The position numbers were made by a program, and so were the translations under genes. The notes under the pieces are model-generated. The model made no database searches. It worked only from the letters and a program-made list of their open reading frames with translations, and was not told the origin of the DNA. This document shows, piece by piece, positions 20,583 to 31,050 of a DNA stretch of 64,000 nt; position 1 is the first letter of the stretch; every line of letters starts with the position of its first letter. Source of the stretch: a virus; IMG/VR virus record IMGVR_UViG_3300029812_000129, positions 5,332-69,331 of that record. One strand, written 5' to 3'.

Positions 20583-21716
20583 TTAATGACCTCCTATATA
20601 GTTCATATGTGCTATTCTTCTTGTTCTTAACATCGTTGGATGTCCTGCTGCCAATTCCTCACTACCATAAGTTAATAAAGTATCCCAAAGTGTTTCTTTA
20701 GTTGCTTTTATCCAGGCAGCGGTGCGAACTACTGAAGAAATACGGGTTTCATCTATTATCCCATTCCACCGTTGAGTTTGTCCTTGTTGATCTCCTAAAT
20801 ACAAGGAGCGAGCAGCAGTATACCCTATTGCTCCACTCGGAGTCCCAACAAGTGTCCCATTATCTAAAGCACCATCAACATAAACATTTAAAGTACCACC
20901 AGTTTCATCATAAGTTATTGCAACAATATGCCAATTTGCATCACGAACATTTGTAGTGTTGAGCCTGAGCCCATTGGTTGTCCCATTAGAGTTATATACT
21001 ATAGCTCTTAATTTTCCTGTACTGCCTTCTGTGTGTAACAGATATCCATAGGCAGGCGTACTTGGTTCTCTTCTGTCCACGATGGTTCTGTAGGTAGCAC
21101 CTGTATCAATAGTATTCGTTTTTATTACTGCAGTAATGGTAATAGATGTAGGTTTAAGAGTTACATCATCAGGGACAGAGATATAGTCATCAATGGCATC
21201 AAAATCTTGCCCTTTACTTACTTTTCCATCAGCTTCTATCGGTTCATTAACAGCTTTTTTTGTGCCATCATTATTATTGGAAGTGGAGTCCAAAATAGCC
21301 GAAGTAGTATTGTCTTTCATATGCTGAACCATCTTAAAGTTAGCGTCATAAACACTTGCGGCAGGAGTTGAAGCTATATCTCCTATATAGGTAGTATTAT
21401 CAGCGTGGTCGATGTCGTAATACATATAAAAATCTGTATTCGCACTTGAAGAAATAGCCCAACCAGACACGTGAATAATAGCTGACTCATTAGCATCATC
21501 CCATTTTTCTATTTCGCCATAAAGTTCAGTAGTGCCATCATCTTTAGTGAAGGCAATCTTAAACCTATTGGCATCAGCGGTTAATTCATCAAAAACACAA
21601 TCTCCGTGTGTGCTTGACAAAAAAACAGTTACGGGAAAATGCGATAAATCAGCATCTACTTTTGTATTGTCTATTGTTAATTTTATTCTTTTACCCCAAC
21701 CAGGTAACCAAGCCAT
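20583..21716 (-). CDS. DUF2341 + LamG (concanavalin A-like) protein
   Basis: AW..GW..R..LTID, DGTT.L..EIE.W; WHIVAITYD, YVDG, G.IDETRIS...R. Confidence 0.8.
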   Translation of the reverse strand: MAWLPGWGKRIKLTIDNTKVDADLSHFPVTVFLSSTHGDCVFDELTADANRFKIAFTKDDGTTELYGEIEKWDDANESAIIHVSGWAISSSANTDFYMYYDIDHADNTTYIGDIASTPAASVYDANFKMVQHMKDNTTSAILDSTSNNNDGTKKAVNEPIEADGKVSKGQDFDAIDDYISVPDDVTLKPTSITITAVIKTNTIDTGATYRTIVDRREPSTPAYGYLLHTEGSTGKLRAIVYNSNGTTNGLRLNTTNVRDANWHIVAITYDETGGTLNVYVDGALDNGTLVGTPSGAIGYTAARSLYLGDQQGQTQRWNGIIDETRISSVVRTAAWIKATKETLWDTLLTYGSEELAAGHPTMLRTRRIAHMNYIGGH

Positions 21717-21731
21717 TTATATTCTCCCTCT

Positions 21732-21986
21732 CTATATAGTTAAAAAGGGATTTTTCAATTCCCCTTTTTCATATCTTACAATTGCATATTTATTGCCAGT
21801 AGCAAGATATAATAACCACAAAACATTGTGAGCCATTATTTTGGCTTCATCAAAAATTTCTGATTTAGTAACCAATACCTGTTCTAACCTTTTCTTAATC
21901 TCACAATTATTGCCTTGACATGGTTTATTCCTATAATCTTTATGATCACAGGTTTCAGATATTCGATCAAAATATCGGCAGTCCAT
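21732..21986 (-). CDS. Hypothetical Cys-containing protein
   Basis: ORF in operon. Confidence 0.4.
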   Translation of the reverse strand: MDCRYFDRISETCDHKDYRNKPCQGNNCEIKKRLEQVLVTKSEIFDEAKIMAHNVLWLLYLATGNKYAIVRYEKGELKNPFLTI

Positions 21987-22007
21987 TTGTCCACCGCATT
22001 TCTTATA

Positions 22008-22394
22008 TTATTGTAACTTTTCTAACTTTTTATCTATAAACTTAATAATTGTTTTCTTTTTAGTCTTTGCTTTTATCCGCTCCAATGTAATGGGAGCATC
22101 TATTTTCCGTAAACGCTGCAAAACTATACTAATCTTATTATTTAAAAGCTCTTTAATTTGTTTACTAGTTAATGCGTTTACTGTTATTTTCTCAATAATA
22201 TTTTCTTTAGCTTTTACTTCTCCTATCGCAACAATGTAACCCTTTAAAAACAATGGGCCATCTTTTTGATATTCATATGCTTTTTTAGATAAAGTAATAT
22301 TTTTATCCGCTTTTACTATCTTGGAAATTTCTTTCCCGTGTTCATCATAATCTGCTATAAAAATTGTTCCTTTTGATACATTTTTAAAATCCAT
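22008..22394 (-). CDS. Hypothetical basic protein after capsid
   Basis: GGAGG RBS; Lys-rich. Confidence 0.5.
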   Translation of the reverse strand: MDFKNVSKGTIFIADYDEHGKEISKIVKADKNITLSKKAYEYQKDGPLFLKGYIVAIGEVKAKENIIEKITVNALTSKQIKELLNNKISIVLQRLRKIDAPITLERIKAKTKKKTIIKFIDKKLEKLQ

Positions 22395-22408
22395 TATTCC
22401 TCCTATTT

Positions 22409-22429
22409 AGGGGCAGCTTAGCTGCCCCT
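22409..22429 (-). terminator. Stem-loop after major capsid gene (attenuator or mRNA stabiliser)
   Basis: AGGGGCAGC-TTA-GCTGCCCCT perfect 9-bp stem; no U-tract. Confidence 0.5.
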
Positions 22430-22441
22430 CCTAAAGTATGT

Positions 22442-23377
22442 TTAAGATGTAATATCCATCTTGTATATCCTATCAGTATTAACTAAAGCAACACCAAACT
22501 GACGATATATGTGCATATTCCAAACCAATGTGTCTGCATCGAGATTCTGCTCCGCAGCAAAATCACCGATATAGCCAGTGATTATTCCCTGTTTCTTAGG
22601 AATAATAAATAGAACATTGTCAGGAATAAGCTGTACATCGTTGCGATCCAAACATTCATCCAGGTATACTAACGGGGCACCCAAATAAGTACCCAACTGT
22701 CCTTTCAAACGTCTTTCAGCATTAGCCTCAGGATCATAACCATGGTCAAAATCAGTAATCGGAATAACAGCAGGAAAACGACCAACTACCGCCTGAACTC
22801 CACCCTTATCCATAACGTACCGAATAGCAGCTTTGATAGCAGTTTTCGCAGTCGCACCAGCAGCCTCCCAATCGGTTTTCGTGATTGTGCCATAATTATC
22901 ACCAGAAGTAATTGCAGCCTGAAGTGTTGAAAAGATATTAGCACCCATGAGCTTTCTGGCTGTATCAATAGCTTCAGCCTGTAATTCAGCTAAAGTACCG
23001 AATCTGCCAGCTTGCAACTCAAACAGGAGAGCTTCTGGATTCACACTTAAAAGATCTAACACAAATGTAACCCATTCAGCCGACCATTGAGTTCTCTCAG
23101 CAAAGCTACCATGAGCGTGAATGGTTCCACGCAATCCCTTGCGAGTCTTAAACTTAGGATCATCTCCTATGTTGTAGTTACGTGTTTCACCTAAGAGCGT
23201 AGCGGTATCAACCATTTCATATCTACGAGTAATATCCTCAATGACTATTTCTGCTAACACCCTACGGCCTTCAGGGGTTTTGGCTAACTCCATCATCTCT
23301 TCTTTAAGAGCAGCTTTTTCATCAGAATTATAATCTTTAAGAATTTGAGCTTTAACGAATTCTTTTACACTAATCAT
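22442..23377 (-). CDS. Major capsid protein (HK97 fold inferred)
   Basis: 311 aa; follows protease and decoration genes; G.LG.Y.GAP..; downstream hairpin. Confidence 0.75.
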   Translation of the reverse strand: MISVKEFVKAQILKDYNSDEKAALKEEMMELAKTPEGRRVLAEIVIEDITRRYEMVDTATLLGETRNYNIGDDPKFKTRKGLRGTIHAHGSFAERTQWSAEWVTFVLDLLSVNPEALLFELQAGRFGTLAELQAEAIDTARKLMGANIFSTLQAAITSGDNYGTITKTDWEAAGATAKTAIKAAIRYVMDKGGVQAVVGRFPAVIPITDFDHGYDPEANAERRLKGQLGTYLGAPLVYLDECLDRNDVQLIPDNVLFIIPKKQGIITGYIGDFAAEQNLDADTLVWNMHIYRQFGVALVNTDRIYKMDITS

Positions 23378-23410
23378 ATGATAACCTCCTTTCTAGTTAA
23401 TATATAAAAC

Positions 23411-23827
23411 TTAAATTACGTCAACAATAAGCTTGGTACCATCTGTGCCGACAGCATAGGCAACCGTTGGATTGACGGTAGCAGCCACTTTGCCAAATTT
23501 TCCTTCTGTATTTATAACAAGAGCTTCAGCCTTGACGTAATCACCAATCACTCCATCAAACTGATCGGTAGCAAATCTGCCCTTTTCTAAAGTGACAAGT
23601 CTATCACCAGCTGTCATTGTTTCAGCATCAGAAGTCATCTTGAATGCATCGAATTCATATCTTTTTGCAATGAATATTCTCGAAGAACCTACGGGAGCTA
23701 ACTTAGCTACGTTAACACCAGTATCGACATCTTTTACAACAACAGATCCTTGCTTAACCGCACTACCACTTACTTTGCATTCACCAGTTCTGTTTTCTGG
23801 GGAACAAATTAATATTTCAAGTGCCAT
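23411..23827 (-). CDS. Capsid decoration/cement protein
   Basis: Small beta-rich ORF between scaffold and capsid; G.F.TDQF. Confidence 0.55.
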   Translation of the reverse strand: MALEILICSPENRTGECKVSGSAVKQGSVVVKDVDTGVNVAKLAPVGSSRIFIAKRYEFDAFKMTSDAETMTAGDRLVTLEKGRFATDQFDGVIGDYVKAEALVINTEGKFGKVAATVNPTVAYAVGTDGTKLIVDVI

Positions 23828-23859
23828 TATTTAGACCTCCTTTCAATAAATTGTTAAAA

Positions 23860-24993
23860 TTATTCCTTATTCCCTCTCATGTGTTCCCTTAGTTTTGTCC
23901 CAGCCTCGCTATTTGTACGGCCAGAAGGGAATACGATTTTGTTTTTTACATCCTTTTTATGAACAAGAAGAGCAGCAAGCTCTTTATATTTCACATCATC
24001 AAGGATGTTTTCCTTTAATGTCTCTTTCAAATCCTCTGGAATATCAGCACCAGCATCCTTTAATTCTTTGGTGCGAGCCTCAAAAACAGCATCTTGGCGA
24101 GCACTTTCATCCTCGACATACTTATCTACTTTTACCTTTAATTCATCTCGCTCGGACGTTAAAGCTATAATAGATTCATCTTTTTCTTTCACATTATCTT
24201 CAAGTGTAGAAATAGATTTATCTTTTTCAGCAATAGTAGTTTCAAGCGTTGTAACCTTATCTTCCAAAGTTTTCTTTGCCTCGGCCACCATTTTGTCCAA
24301 AGCCTCTTGAGTAATTTCCATATTTTGTACACCTCCTTTAACATGTTTTAAATTAGCAACTTCTTTGACCCACGCGTCTTTATCAGCAGGCCTATGACCA
24401 TTATCTGTAGGTATAAACCCAACGCCTAAAAAGAGTGGTTTTCTTAGCCATCTCGTTGATCCATTTATCCTCCTCGATTTTAGATGTTCACAATAAAGTT
24501 CTTCTGGTTGAAGTCTAAATTCTTTTCCGCAAACAGAGCATTCAACAGATGTTGGGACACATTCCATAGATAAACCAAGTGCACCATTTTTAAATCCACT
24601 TTTTATTTTGTTGGCATATTCCCTATCATGTGGCGTACCATTCCACACTATACCTGTTACATTTATATATTTTTCTTTATCATCATATTCGCTATGTATG
24701 ATAAATCCGACCTTAGTTTCATCCTCGTGTAGCCAATTAGCATATTTAAAAACAGGGGTTTCGGCAGAAGCGATTAAATCTTCCTCTTTGAACCCGTCCC
24801 CGTTCCCATTTCTTGTATCACCTGTACAAAACAATCCTGAAAACCATAATAGATCTGGATCATCTTTTTGTTTTTTTAAAGCAGCCAAAACGTTTTCCGC
24901 TTTTGGAGATAATGTTGGAGCTTCATCTAAAATATTAACTCCTGTTATAAAATATAGTTTATCTTTTTCAGATATTAAATAAGTTGATTTCAC
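23860..24993 (-). CDS. Prohead protease-scaffold fusion
   Basis: N.NGD.F, N..H, LSMEC....CSVCG...CEH, F.G.G....PAD; C-terminal coiled coil. Confidence 0.75.
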   Translation of the reverse strand: MKSTYLISEKDKLYFITGVNILDEAPTLSPKAENVLAALKKQKDDPDLLWFSGLFCTGDTRNGNGDGFKEEDLIASAETPVFKYANWLHEDETKVGFIIHSEYDDKEKYINVTGIVWNGTPHDREYANKIKSGFKNGALGLSMECVPTSVECSVCGKEFRLQPEELYCEHLKSRRINGSTRWLRKPLFLGVGFIPTDNGHRPADKDAWVKEVANLKHVKGGVQNMEITQEALDKMVAEAKKTLEDKVTTLETTIAEKDKSISTLEDNVKEKDESIIALTSERDELKVKVDKYVEDESARQDAVFEARTKELKDAGADIPEDLKETLKENILDDVKYKELAALLVHKKDVKNKIVFPSGRTNSEAGTKLREHMRGNKE

Positions 24994-25352
24994 TTTCCCT
25001 CCAGTTTTATTGTGGCATCTTCAATTGTCATTTTCACTCTCTGCCCTATCTCGGTAACAAAAGATGGGATAAACCCTAAATGGATTCTATTATTATCTAA
25101 TTTTAAAGTGCAGTATTCACTTAGTTCTTCACCATCATATTGGTTTTTTTCAATACCCACTACTGTCCATGTATTTTCTAATTTAGCCACTTGCTTTTCT
25201 CCTTTTGTCTTTTTCTTTTTCCTCCAAGAACTCATACAAACCGCATAGCGTTGGTTCGTATCTTTATATTCTTTTTTCATTGTTTCATTAGACATGCACC
25301 TATGGATGAATTTTTCCTGTTTTTCTTGTTTATGAGGAATTGGAATTGGCAT
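24990..25352 (-). CDS. Small head-associated protein
   Basis: MPIP.P...E....FI.RCM...QR.AVC...W motif typical of genes next to phage head proteases. Confidence 0.5.
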   Translation of the reverse strand: MPIPIPHKQEKQEKFIHRCMSNETMKKEYKDTNQRYAVCMSSWRKKKKTKGEKQVAKLENTWTVVGIEKNQYDGEELSEYCTLKLDNNRIHLGFIPSFVTEIGQRVKMTIEDATIKLEGK

Positions 25353-25879
25353 TTCTTCTCCATTTCATTGTAAGACATAATTCTGGGTGACTCGCTTCAC
25401 TCATTTTTTGCCTTGTTTCTGCAGAGTGCTTTTTGCCCTTATGGGCTTCACTCAATTTCCTTTTATGTTCTTCTGAAAGTTTTCTGCCCTTTAATGCTTC
25501 ACTTATTTTTCTTCGTGTTTCTTCTGAATATTTCATGCCCTTGTGAGCTTTACTCATTTTCCTTTTAGTTTGTTCCGAGTGTTTTATCCCCAGATTATTC
25601 CCAGCCGTTGGAGAAATATTGTATTCGGGAGCGAGTGAGTTTATATACCGCTGTTCCAATGGGATTAATTCTTTTAGTGTCTGAACGGTCTCAAGCACAC
25701 TAAACTCAAATGCTCCCTTCCCATATTTATTAAAAGCACTTTGTAGGTGTTTATTTATGTGATTATTTTTTTTTAAGGCAATGACGATGGTTTGATATTC
25801 TCTTGGGAACATTAATCGCACTACCAATATATATTTTGCCATTATATGTATTTAAAATTCTATAAATTCCTGCGGTCAT
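25330..25879 (-). pseudogene. GIY-YIG homing endonuclease with NUMOD3 repeats, frameshifted at an A9 run
   Basis: ATG 25879 reads [21 protein letters not shown]...LKKK*; removing one A from 25766-25774 joins it to KKNNH...LQSAFNKYG...[12 protein letters not shown] repeats. Confidence 0.8.
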
Positions 25880-26079
25880 TGCCTCGCTTCTTTATTTTCC
25901 AATGTATTGCTTAGTAAGATTAATCTATCAATGCCTAAAAATTTATCTCCTGAGAAATCTCTTTGTAAAGAAATCTCAACTTTGTTTTTATGAAATGTTT
26001 TTATATTATTTATAAGAGAAACAGCTTTCTGTTTATATATCCAAACGTCAAATCTATTAATAATTTCGGCTCTCTCCAT
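25876..26079 (-). CDS. Hypothetical protein
   Basis: Coupled on both sides. Confidence 0.45.
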   Translation of the reverse strand: MERAEIINRFDVWIYKQKAVSLINNIKTFHKNKVEISLQRDFSGDKFLGIDRLILLSNTLENKEARQ

Positions 26080-26438
26080 TAGACCCCCAATTTAGAAAAA
26101 ACAAATGCGAATATGCCAGATGCCGACACAATAAAAGCAAAAAGCTTAAGATTGGCTTTCCATCCTGTAACAGCATACTTAACCTCTTCAAGAGATTTAT
26201 CAAATTTCTCCATTGATATTTTATCGGAATCTCTGCCTATCTTTAGATAGCCCATACTATCTTGCAAACGTTTAATATCTATTTCCTTGGGACATGTATC
26301 TTCCCTCTTACCCCAAGATTCTTTTATACCAACTAAAACTATTTTTAATTCTGTAAGTTGATTCCCTTGTTTAATTATTTCATCAAAACATTCTCTTATA
26401 GTAATTCTACCGTTTCCATCCCTATTCTTCTCTTCCAT
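26079..26438 (-). CDS. Coiled coil plus C-terminal transmembrane protein (holin-like)
   Basis: C-terminal LFAFIVSASGIFAFVF. Confidence 0.4.
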   Translation of the reverse strand: MEEKNRDGNGRITIRECFDEIIKQGNQLTELKIVLVGIKESWGKREDTCPKEIDIKRLQDSMGYLKIGRDSDKISMEKFDKSLEEVKYAVTGWKANLKLFAFIVSASGIFAFVFSKLGV

Positions 26439-27933
26439 TTATAAGCCCTTTCACTAATAGTTCTTTGGATTTAGCATCTAAACTATCTAAGAAATTCCCC
26501 AGCACTGCTTTAAGACTTGTTTCTTTGACGTCTACCTTTTCATCATCCGTATCCCTGTTGCTTGGAGTGCCAGGAGTTGATTTTGAAAATGGTAGCTCTG
26601 GAACAACAAAAAACTTATCATCTGTTTTTTCACTTTTCTTTAATTCTAGTTCTTCGTCATAATCTAAATCCATTGTACCCATACCTGTATGCTTAGAAAC
26701 CAATCCCCTATCGTAAAATAATCCAATAAATGTTTTCAAAACATCATCTATGGCAAGACTTATTTGACTGAATCTAATTGAAGGATATGTTGGAAGATTA
26801 TTTTTTTCAGCTATTCTTTTATACAATCTATCCTCTGCCCAACGAGCGATTTCGTCTCTTTCCAATTCAACAATTTCACAAAAGATTTTAACAAGCTTTT
26901 CAACATCACGTCTGCCCTTAGAATCCGTTAACAAAAATGAATATCCTAGCCCTTCTCTAACTTCATTATTAACAGTAGAATATTTATTACTATCTGTTAG
27001 AAGCCCAGAATCGGGACACTCTATTTGTAACTCAATCCTATGATTCCAGACAAGACCGAAGTTCTTAGCTGGATTAGCCAGCAAGTTTCTAAAATTAGTA
27101 AGTTCTTGCCCATCTTCAACAGGGAATTCATCTGTACCCAGTTTGAATAAATAAATAGTGTTAATTATTCCGTCTAAAATAGCAAAATCAGCTTCTTGTA
27201 ATTTTCTCTTTCTCTGTAATGCATCAAATACACCGCAAAGTTTTGGAGTAGCATATCTTTCCCAATCGAATCCAATTGAATTAAAATAAGAAGCACTTTC
27301 TTCATGAAACCCTAATATTGTTTCGCCAACAGCCATTCCTTGATCTCGAAGTTTTTTGGGTTTATATTCCCCCTCAAAAATAGGATATAAATATTTGTTA
27401 TTGATTTCAGCAAGAGCTTCTTGATTGTAAAGATCCTTTTCACTTCTGGAAACCTTCAGACCTAATTTATTTTTTTGACCAAGAATAGACCCGATTATCC
27501 TACCGCTCACAGGATCAATTAATGTTAATCCAATGGGAACCTTTAGCATTCTCGGTTTTTTGCCAAAATAATATTTCTTTTCTCCCCACATCTCAACAAT
27601 CCAAAGATTAGAATATATTAGACTAGCCAGATAAAAACATTTAAAAAAATGGGCTAAATCAAGATCAAGAGCAATATTATCAAAAACTTTTTTTATAGTA
27701 TCTTTAGGATCTTTTTTTGTTCTATGCGTGAAACGCTTAGTTCCTAATGCTATTTGAGTAAGAAAAATATTTTGGACAACACCATCTGTAGCAAAATAAG
27801 TCCCTGATTGCTTCATCTGATCCCATACACTCATTTTGTTTGCTTGTTTAAATTTTGTAGGAGTAAAAGACCGCATATCAACATTAGAACCTTTTACAAT
27901 ATTCTTTTTAGAATCCTTTTTCTTTTTATCCAT
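26422..27933 (-). CDS. Portal protein
   Basis: 503 aa between terminase and head protease; D..EE near C-terminus. Confidence 0.75.
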   Translation of the reverse strand: MDKKKKDSKKNIVKGSNVDMRSFTPTKFKQANKMSVWDQMKQSGTYFATDGVVQNIFLTQIALGTKRFTHRTKKDPKDTIKKVFDNIALDLDLAHFFKCFYLASLIYSNLWIVEMWGEKKYYFGKKPRMLKVPIGLTLIDPVSGRIIGSILGQKNKLGLKVSRSEKDLYNQEALAEINNKYLYPIFEGEYKPKKLRDQGMAVGETILGFHEESASYFNSIGFDWERYATPKLCGVFDALQRKRKLQEADFAILDGIINTIYLFKLGTDEFPVEDGQELTNFRNLLANPAKNFGLVWNHRIELQIECPDSGLLTDSNKYSTVNNEVREGLGYSFLLTDSKGRRDVEKLVKIFCEIVELERDEIARWAEDRLYKRIAEKNNLPTYPSIRFSQISLAIDDVLKTFIGLFYDRGLVSKHTGMGTMDLDYDEELELKKSEKTDDKFFVVPELPFSKSTPGTPSNRDTDDEKVDVKETSLKAVLGNFLDSLDAKSKELLVKGLINGREE

Positions 27934-28384
27934 CTATCTCCCTTGCAAGATCTAATAACATAGCTAATGTTTGATCTGTTAAAATAAATAATCTTGGTAA
28001 TCTTTTCATAGAAAGCTTATTTTCTTTTAATTCTTGTTGAATATCTAAAGACAGTATTCCATCTAATCCATTTGCAGATGCTTTTTCAAGCACTTGCACA
28101 ATTGGCTCTATTAACCAAGTAGGGGCTTTTTCTCTTTTCTTATTTTCCCAAACAAATTTTTTAGTAATACCGTCAAAACCGAGACCAGTTATGTGTCCGA
28201 CACGACCTCTTGATGAAACTGCACTTGAAAAACTTGGATGAGGATCATCGTGTGCAAGAATAAAATCCCCCAACTGCCTTTCGCTTTCTTTCCATAAGAA
28301 ACTTTTATAAGACTTAGAATATGGTTTATGATTTCCCTTTGCTACTCTCAATCTCTTTGATGGTTTTAGCAGTGCCTCTCCCAC
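27926..28384 (-). CDS. PD-(D/E)XK nuclease, Holliday-junction-resolvase-like
   Basis: WKESER...FDG...WENK motif spacing. Confidence 0.5.
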   Translation of the reverse strand: MGEALLKPSKRLRVAKGNHKPYSKSYKSFLWKESERQLGDFILAHDDPHPSFSSAVSSRGRVGHITGLGFDGITKKFVWENKKREKAPTWLIEPIVQVLEKASANGLDGILSLDIQQELKENKLSMKRLPRLFILTDQTLAMLLDLAREIDG

Positions 28385-28476
28385 TTTTATCCTCCTGCCA
28401 TTCCTTAATTATTTCCATAAATTCCTTTTTTGAATCAGATCTATCATATGCACTAACTCTTCTTTGTTTTTCTATA

Positions 28477-30045
28477 TTATCCACTGTATGCTCCTAATGT
28501 CTGATGATTTGACATCCAAAAACCTTGAGGAATTATAGTCTTTTTAAAATCCGATAAACCATAGATTCTGCGAATTTCTCTTTGGAAAGCCATACAAGCA
28601 GCCGATGTAAGCGTGTGGTCAGAATATCTCCCGTCACAAACATACTCTTTTCTGCCAGAACCTAAAGCTCTTTCTCTATGGGCCAACCAATCTGTAACAA
28701 TCTCGTCATCATAAGGTAATATTATTTCATTATTCATAACTAAGTTTTGTAAACATTCAAAAGCAAAATCTTTTGTAGGACGTTTTATCGGATCGCCAGT
28801 TTTCAGGTCTTCGCCAATCTCAATCTTTTCATTCATAACTAAAGGATCAAGAATTTTTAAAAGCTTCTTGTTTAATTGCAACATTTGATGTAGAGATCCG
28901 CCTCTACCAGTTGCATCGGTTGCAACACCAGCAGTATTATAATAAAAAGCATAAACAAGATTTGCTAAATCCACTTGTTGCGGATCTGTTAATCTTTCTG
29001 CATGAATTCTGGCAATTAATCTTATCTTCTGCTGGCCTTCTCTTATCTCATCTGACCAAACTAAAATTTCAGTAGGGTCTATATTGTGACCCCAATCTAT
29101 ACTTATCCAAACATTTTTATATTTTCTATGCTTATCTGGTAATCTTAAAAAATGAGCTAATGGCATATTGTTTAAGTTTTCAGCTAATATCCGCAAATAA
29201 ACATAATCTTTAGTTATAGTAGGTTTATATTTATCATATCTACCGTTTGCTCCCTTTGTCCCGACATCTAAACATTTCATAAACTGCTCATGTGGGAACA
29301 TCGGGTTTTCGGGGTTGCCATGTTCTGCTAAGATCTGTCTTAGGTAATCAGGGCTTCTACGACTACCATAAAAAGCAATACGAGATTCTCTTTCTGCTTT
29401 TCCCCAATGTGCTCTGTGCATAGCTGTCACAATATAATGATTCCAAGATTTATCTTTAGTTAAATTATAAAAAGTATTTCTCACACCATTCGGTACGCCA
29501 TATATAACAAATCTTGAATCCTTGCCTGGGTTTAAACACTCTCTTAGTTCGGCCCAGCCTTCAGCCAGATAATCTTGTGCCTCGTCTACCTTAATGTTTT
29601 TAGTATGCATACCATGGACATTGGTTCCATTTATACCAGGAATTCTACCGAATATTTTTGCTCTGGTATGAAAAACAAGCATATAGTCTGGTTTACGTAC
29701 AAGTCTTTTAATTAATTCTCTTGTAATTCTTACTTCGTTTAATCTATCAACAATTTTTTCCATTAATGGTTTTAAATGAATTTCTTGTGGAGCCGTAATT
29801 AATGTTTCTTCACCAGGTGTAAAAGGTAGAACAGAAGCATCTCTTATAATCGATTCCGTTTTTCCAACACTCCTGGCATTGGCGTATGCCTTATCCGGTA
29901 TATCCAACGTGTATTCATACTGATAATCATATACCCTGTATGGGGTTACCCCGTCCCTATCTTTCCAAAAGAACTCTGGAAAATCTATTGGATCAGTTAA
30001 AATATCTAATAATGCTTCTTCTTCTACTGAAAGTGGTTCTAACAC
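28477..30045 (-). CDS. terL: Terminase large subunit (GTG start at 30045 preferred over 30114)
   Basis: ARSVGKT Walker A, VDEAQD Walker B, GVPNG, IDWG nuclease, DATG.G, DH; GGAGG 5 nt upstream of the GTG. Confidence 0.9.
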   Translation of the reverse strand: MLEPLSVEEEALLDILTDPIDFPEFFWKDRDGVTPYRVYDYQYEYTLDIPDKAYANARSVGKTESIIRDASVLPFTPGEETLITAPQEIHLKPLMEKIVDRLNEVRITRELIKRLVRKPDYMLVFHTRAKIFGRIPGINGTNVHGMHTKNIKVDEAQDYLAEGWAELRECLNPGKDSRFVIYGVPNGVRNTFYNLTKDKSWNHYIVTAMHRAHWGKAERESRIAFYGSRRSPDYLRQILAEHGNPENPMFPHEQFMKCLDVGTKGANGRYDKYKPTITKDYVYLRILAENLNNMPLAHFLRLPDKHRKYKNVWISIDWGHNIDPTEILVWSDEIREGQQKIRLIARIHAERLTDPQQVDLANLVYAFYYNTAGVATDATGRGGSLHQMLQLNKKLLKILDPLVMNEKIEIGEDLKTGDPIKRPTKDFAFECLQNLVMNNEIILPYDDEIVTDWLAHRERALGSGRKEYVCDGRYSDHTLTSAACMAFQREIRRIYGLSDFKKTIIPQGFWMSNHQTLGAYSG

Positions 30046-30254
30046 TATCCCTCCAAAATCATTCTGTGGGGAAAGATTTTTGCTTGCTTCCCAAGTCCCG
30101 CCGACCCTGCTCATATGTATGTAGATTTACGACAGAACAGCCTATACCAGAAGTCTTTAGCCTACTTTCGTTTCTAAGCAGAAACTATCGCAAGTGTATA
30201 CCCAACTGGCAAGCCCTTTACCCCAGGTGTGGGTTATGTTCGGGCACCACAGAT

Positions 30255-30851
30255 CTATTCCTCTTCTTCCATCCACCATGTTTTCTGCTTTTCCTTAAAC
30301 TTCTCATCAATTTCCTTATATTCAGTTATTAAGGATTCAAATTTATCTAGAATTTGTTTTGGGTGTAATCCTAAATAATCTTTTTCATCATTGTCACAGG
30401 TTCTACGCATCCTCAACATGGCACTCATTTTAGCCATATTCTCTATGGCTTTAATGGTTTTTCTATCTTTAACTTTCTTAAAAACTTTAGCTCTTTTAAG
30501 CAATAAATTAATATAATTTTTAACGCTATCATGTTCTCTTTCTGATTGCCTTGTTTTAGCAGACAATTGTAGAGAATCCAATATTTGACGTATCTCTGTT
30601 GAATTACTCTTAACCTTTGCTGGAAGATCTTCTACTTTTTTTTCTTCTTTTTCATTATCTGCATCAGCAATGGCTGTCATCCACCTATAACTTAACAACA
30701 TTAAATATAGCAATTGATCTAACATATCCAAATCGGAGTGATGTTCAAGATTATATTTGCCATACATTTCAACTTTATTTTGATAAAATTTCTTTTCGTT
30801 ACCGTCTCTGACTCTCAAGGTAACGCCAGATGGTGATGTTACTGAAGGCAT
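30255..30851 (-). CDS. Terminase small subunit (probable)
   Basis: First gene of the late operon, upstream of terL; helical; L.L....R motif. Confidence 0.6.
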   Translation of the reverse strand: MPSVTSPSGVTLRVRDGNEKKFYQNKVEMYGKYNLEHHSDLDMLDQLLYLMLLSYRWMTAIADADNEKEEKKVEDLPAKVKSNSTEIRQILDSLQLSAKTRQSEREHDSVKNYINLLLKRAKVFKKVKDRKTIKAIENMAKMSAMLRMRRTCDNDEKDYLGLHPKQILDKFESLITEYKEIDEKFKEKQKTWWMEEEE

Positions 30852-30951
30852 CCTCTCTCCTATAATCTATTGTTAATCTTCCCCGCCAAAGATTCTTGTA
30901 GAAACGCCCTTAAAGAACTTTTAATTCTACCCCACATCTTTCCCTACTTCT

Positions 30952-31024
30952 ATTATAACACATTTATACATATAATTTAAAAAAAATTAAAAAATATTTA
31001 CTTTTTTTGTTAATATGTTATAAT
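30952..31024. promoter_or_regulatory. Divergent extended -10 promoters
   Basis: TGTTATAAT on minus (30960-30952) and on plus (31016-31024) in an AT-rich gap between divergent operons. Confidence 0.6.
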
Positions 31025-31050
31025 TGAGAGACGATTAAATTAAGGAGGTA

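Noticed and set aside
11560-24982. Numerous plus-strand Ser/Phe/Leu-rich ORFs in the structural block
   Set aside because: Antisense shadows of Lys/Glu-rich minus-strand genes
30046-30114. TerL start at ATG 30114
   Set aside because: No SD there; GTG 30045 has a well-spaced GGAGG
29886-30332. Plus-strand 148-aa ORF across terS/terL
   Set aside because: Antisense to both genes, with no RBS or recognisable motif
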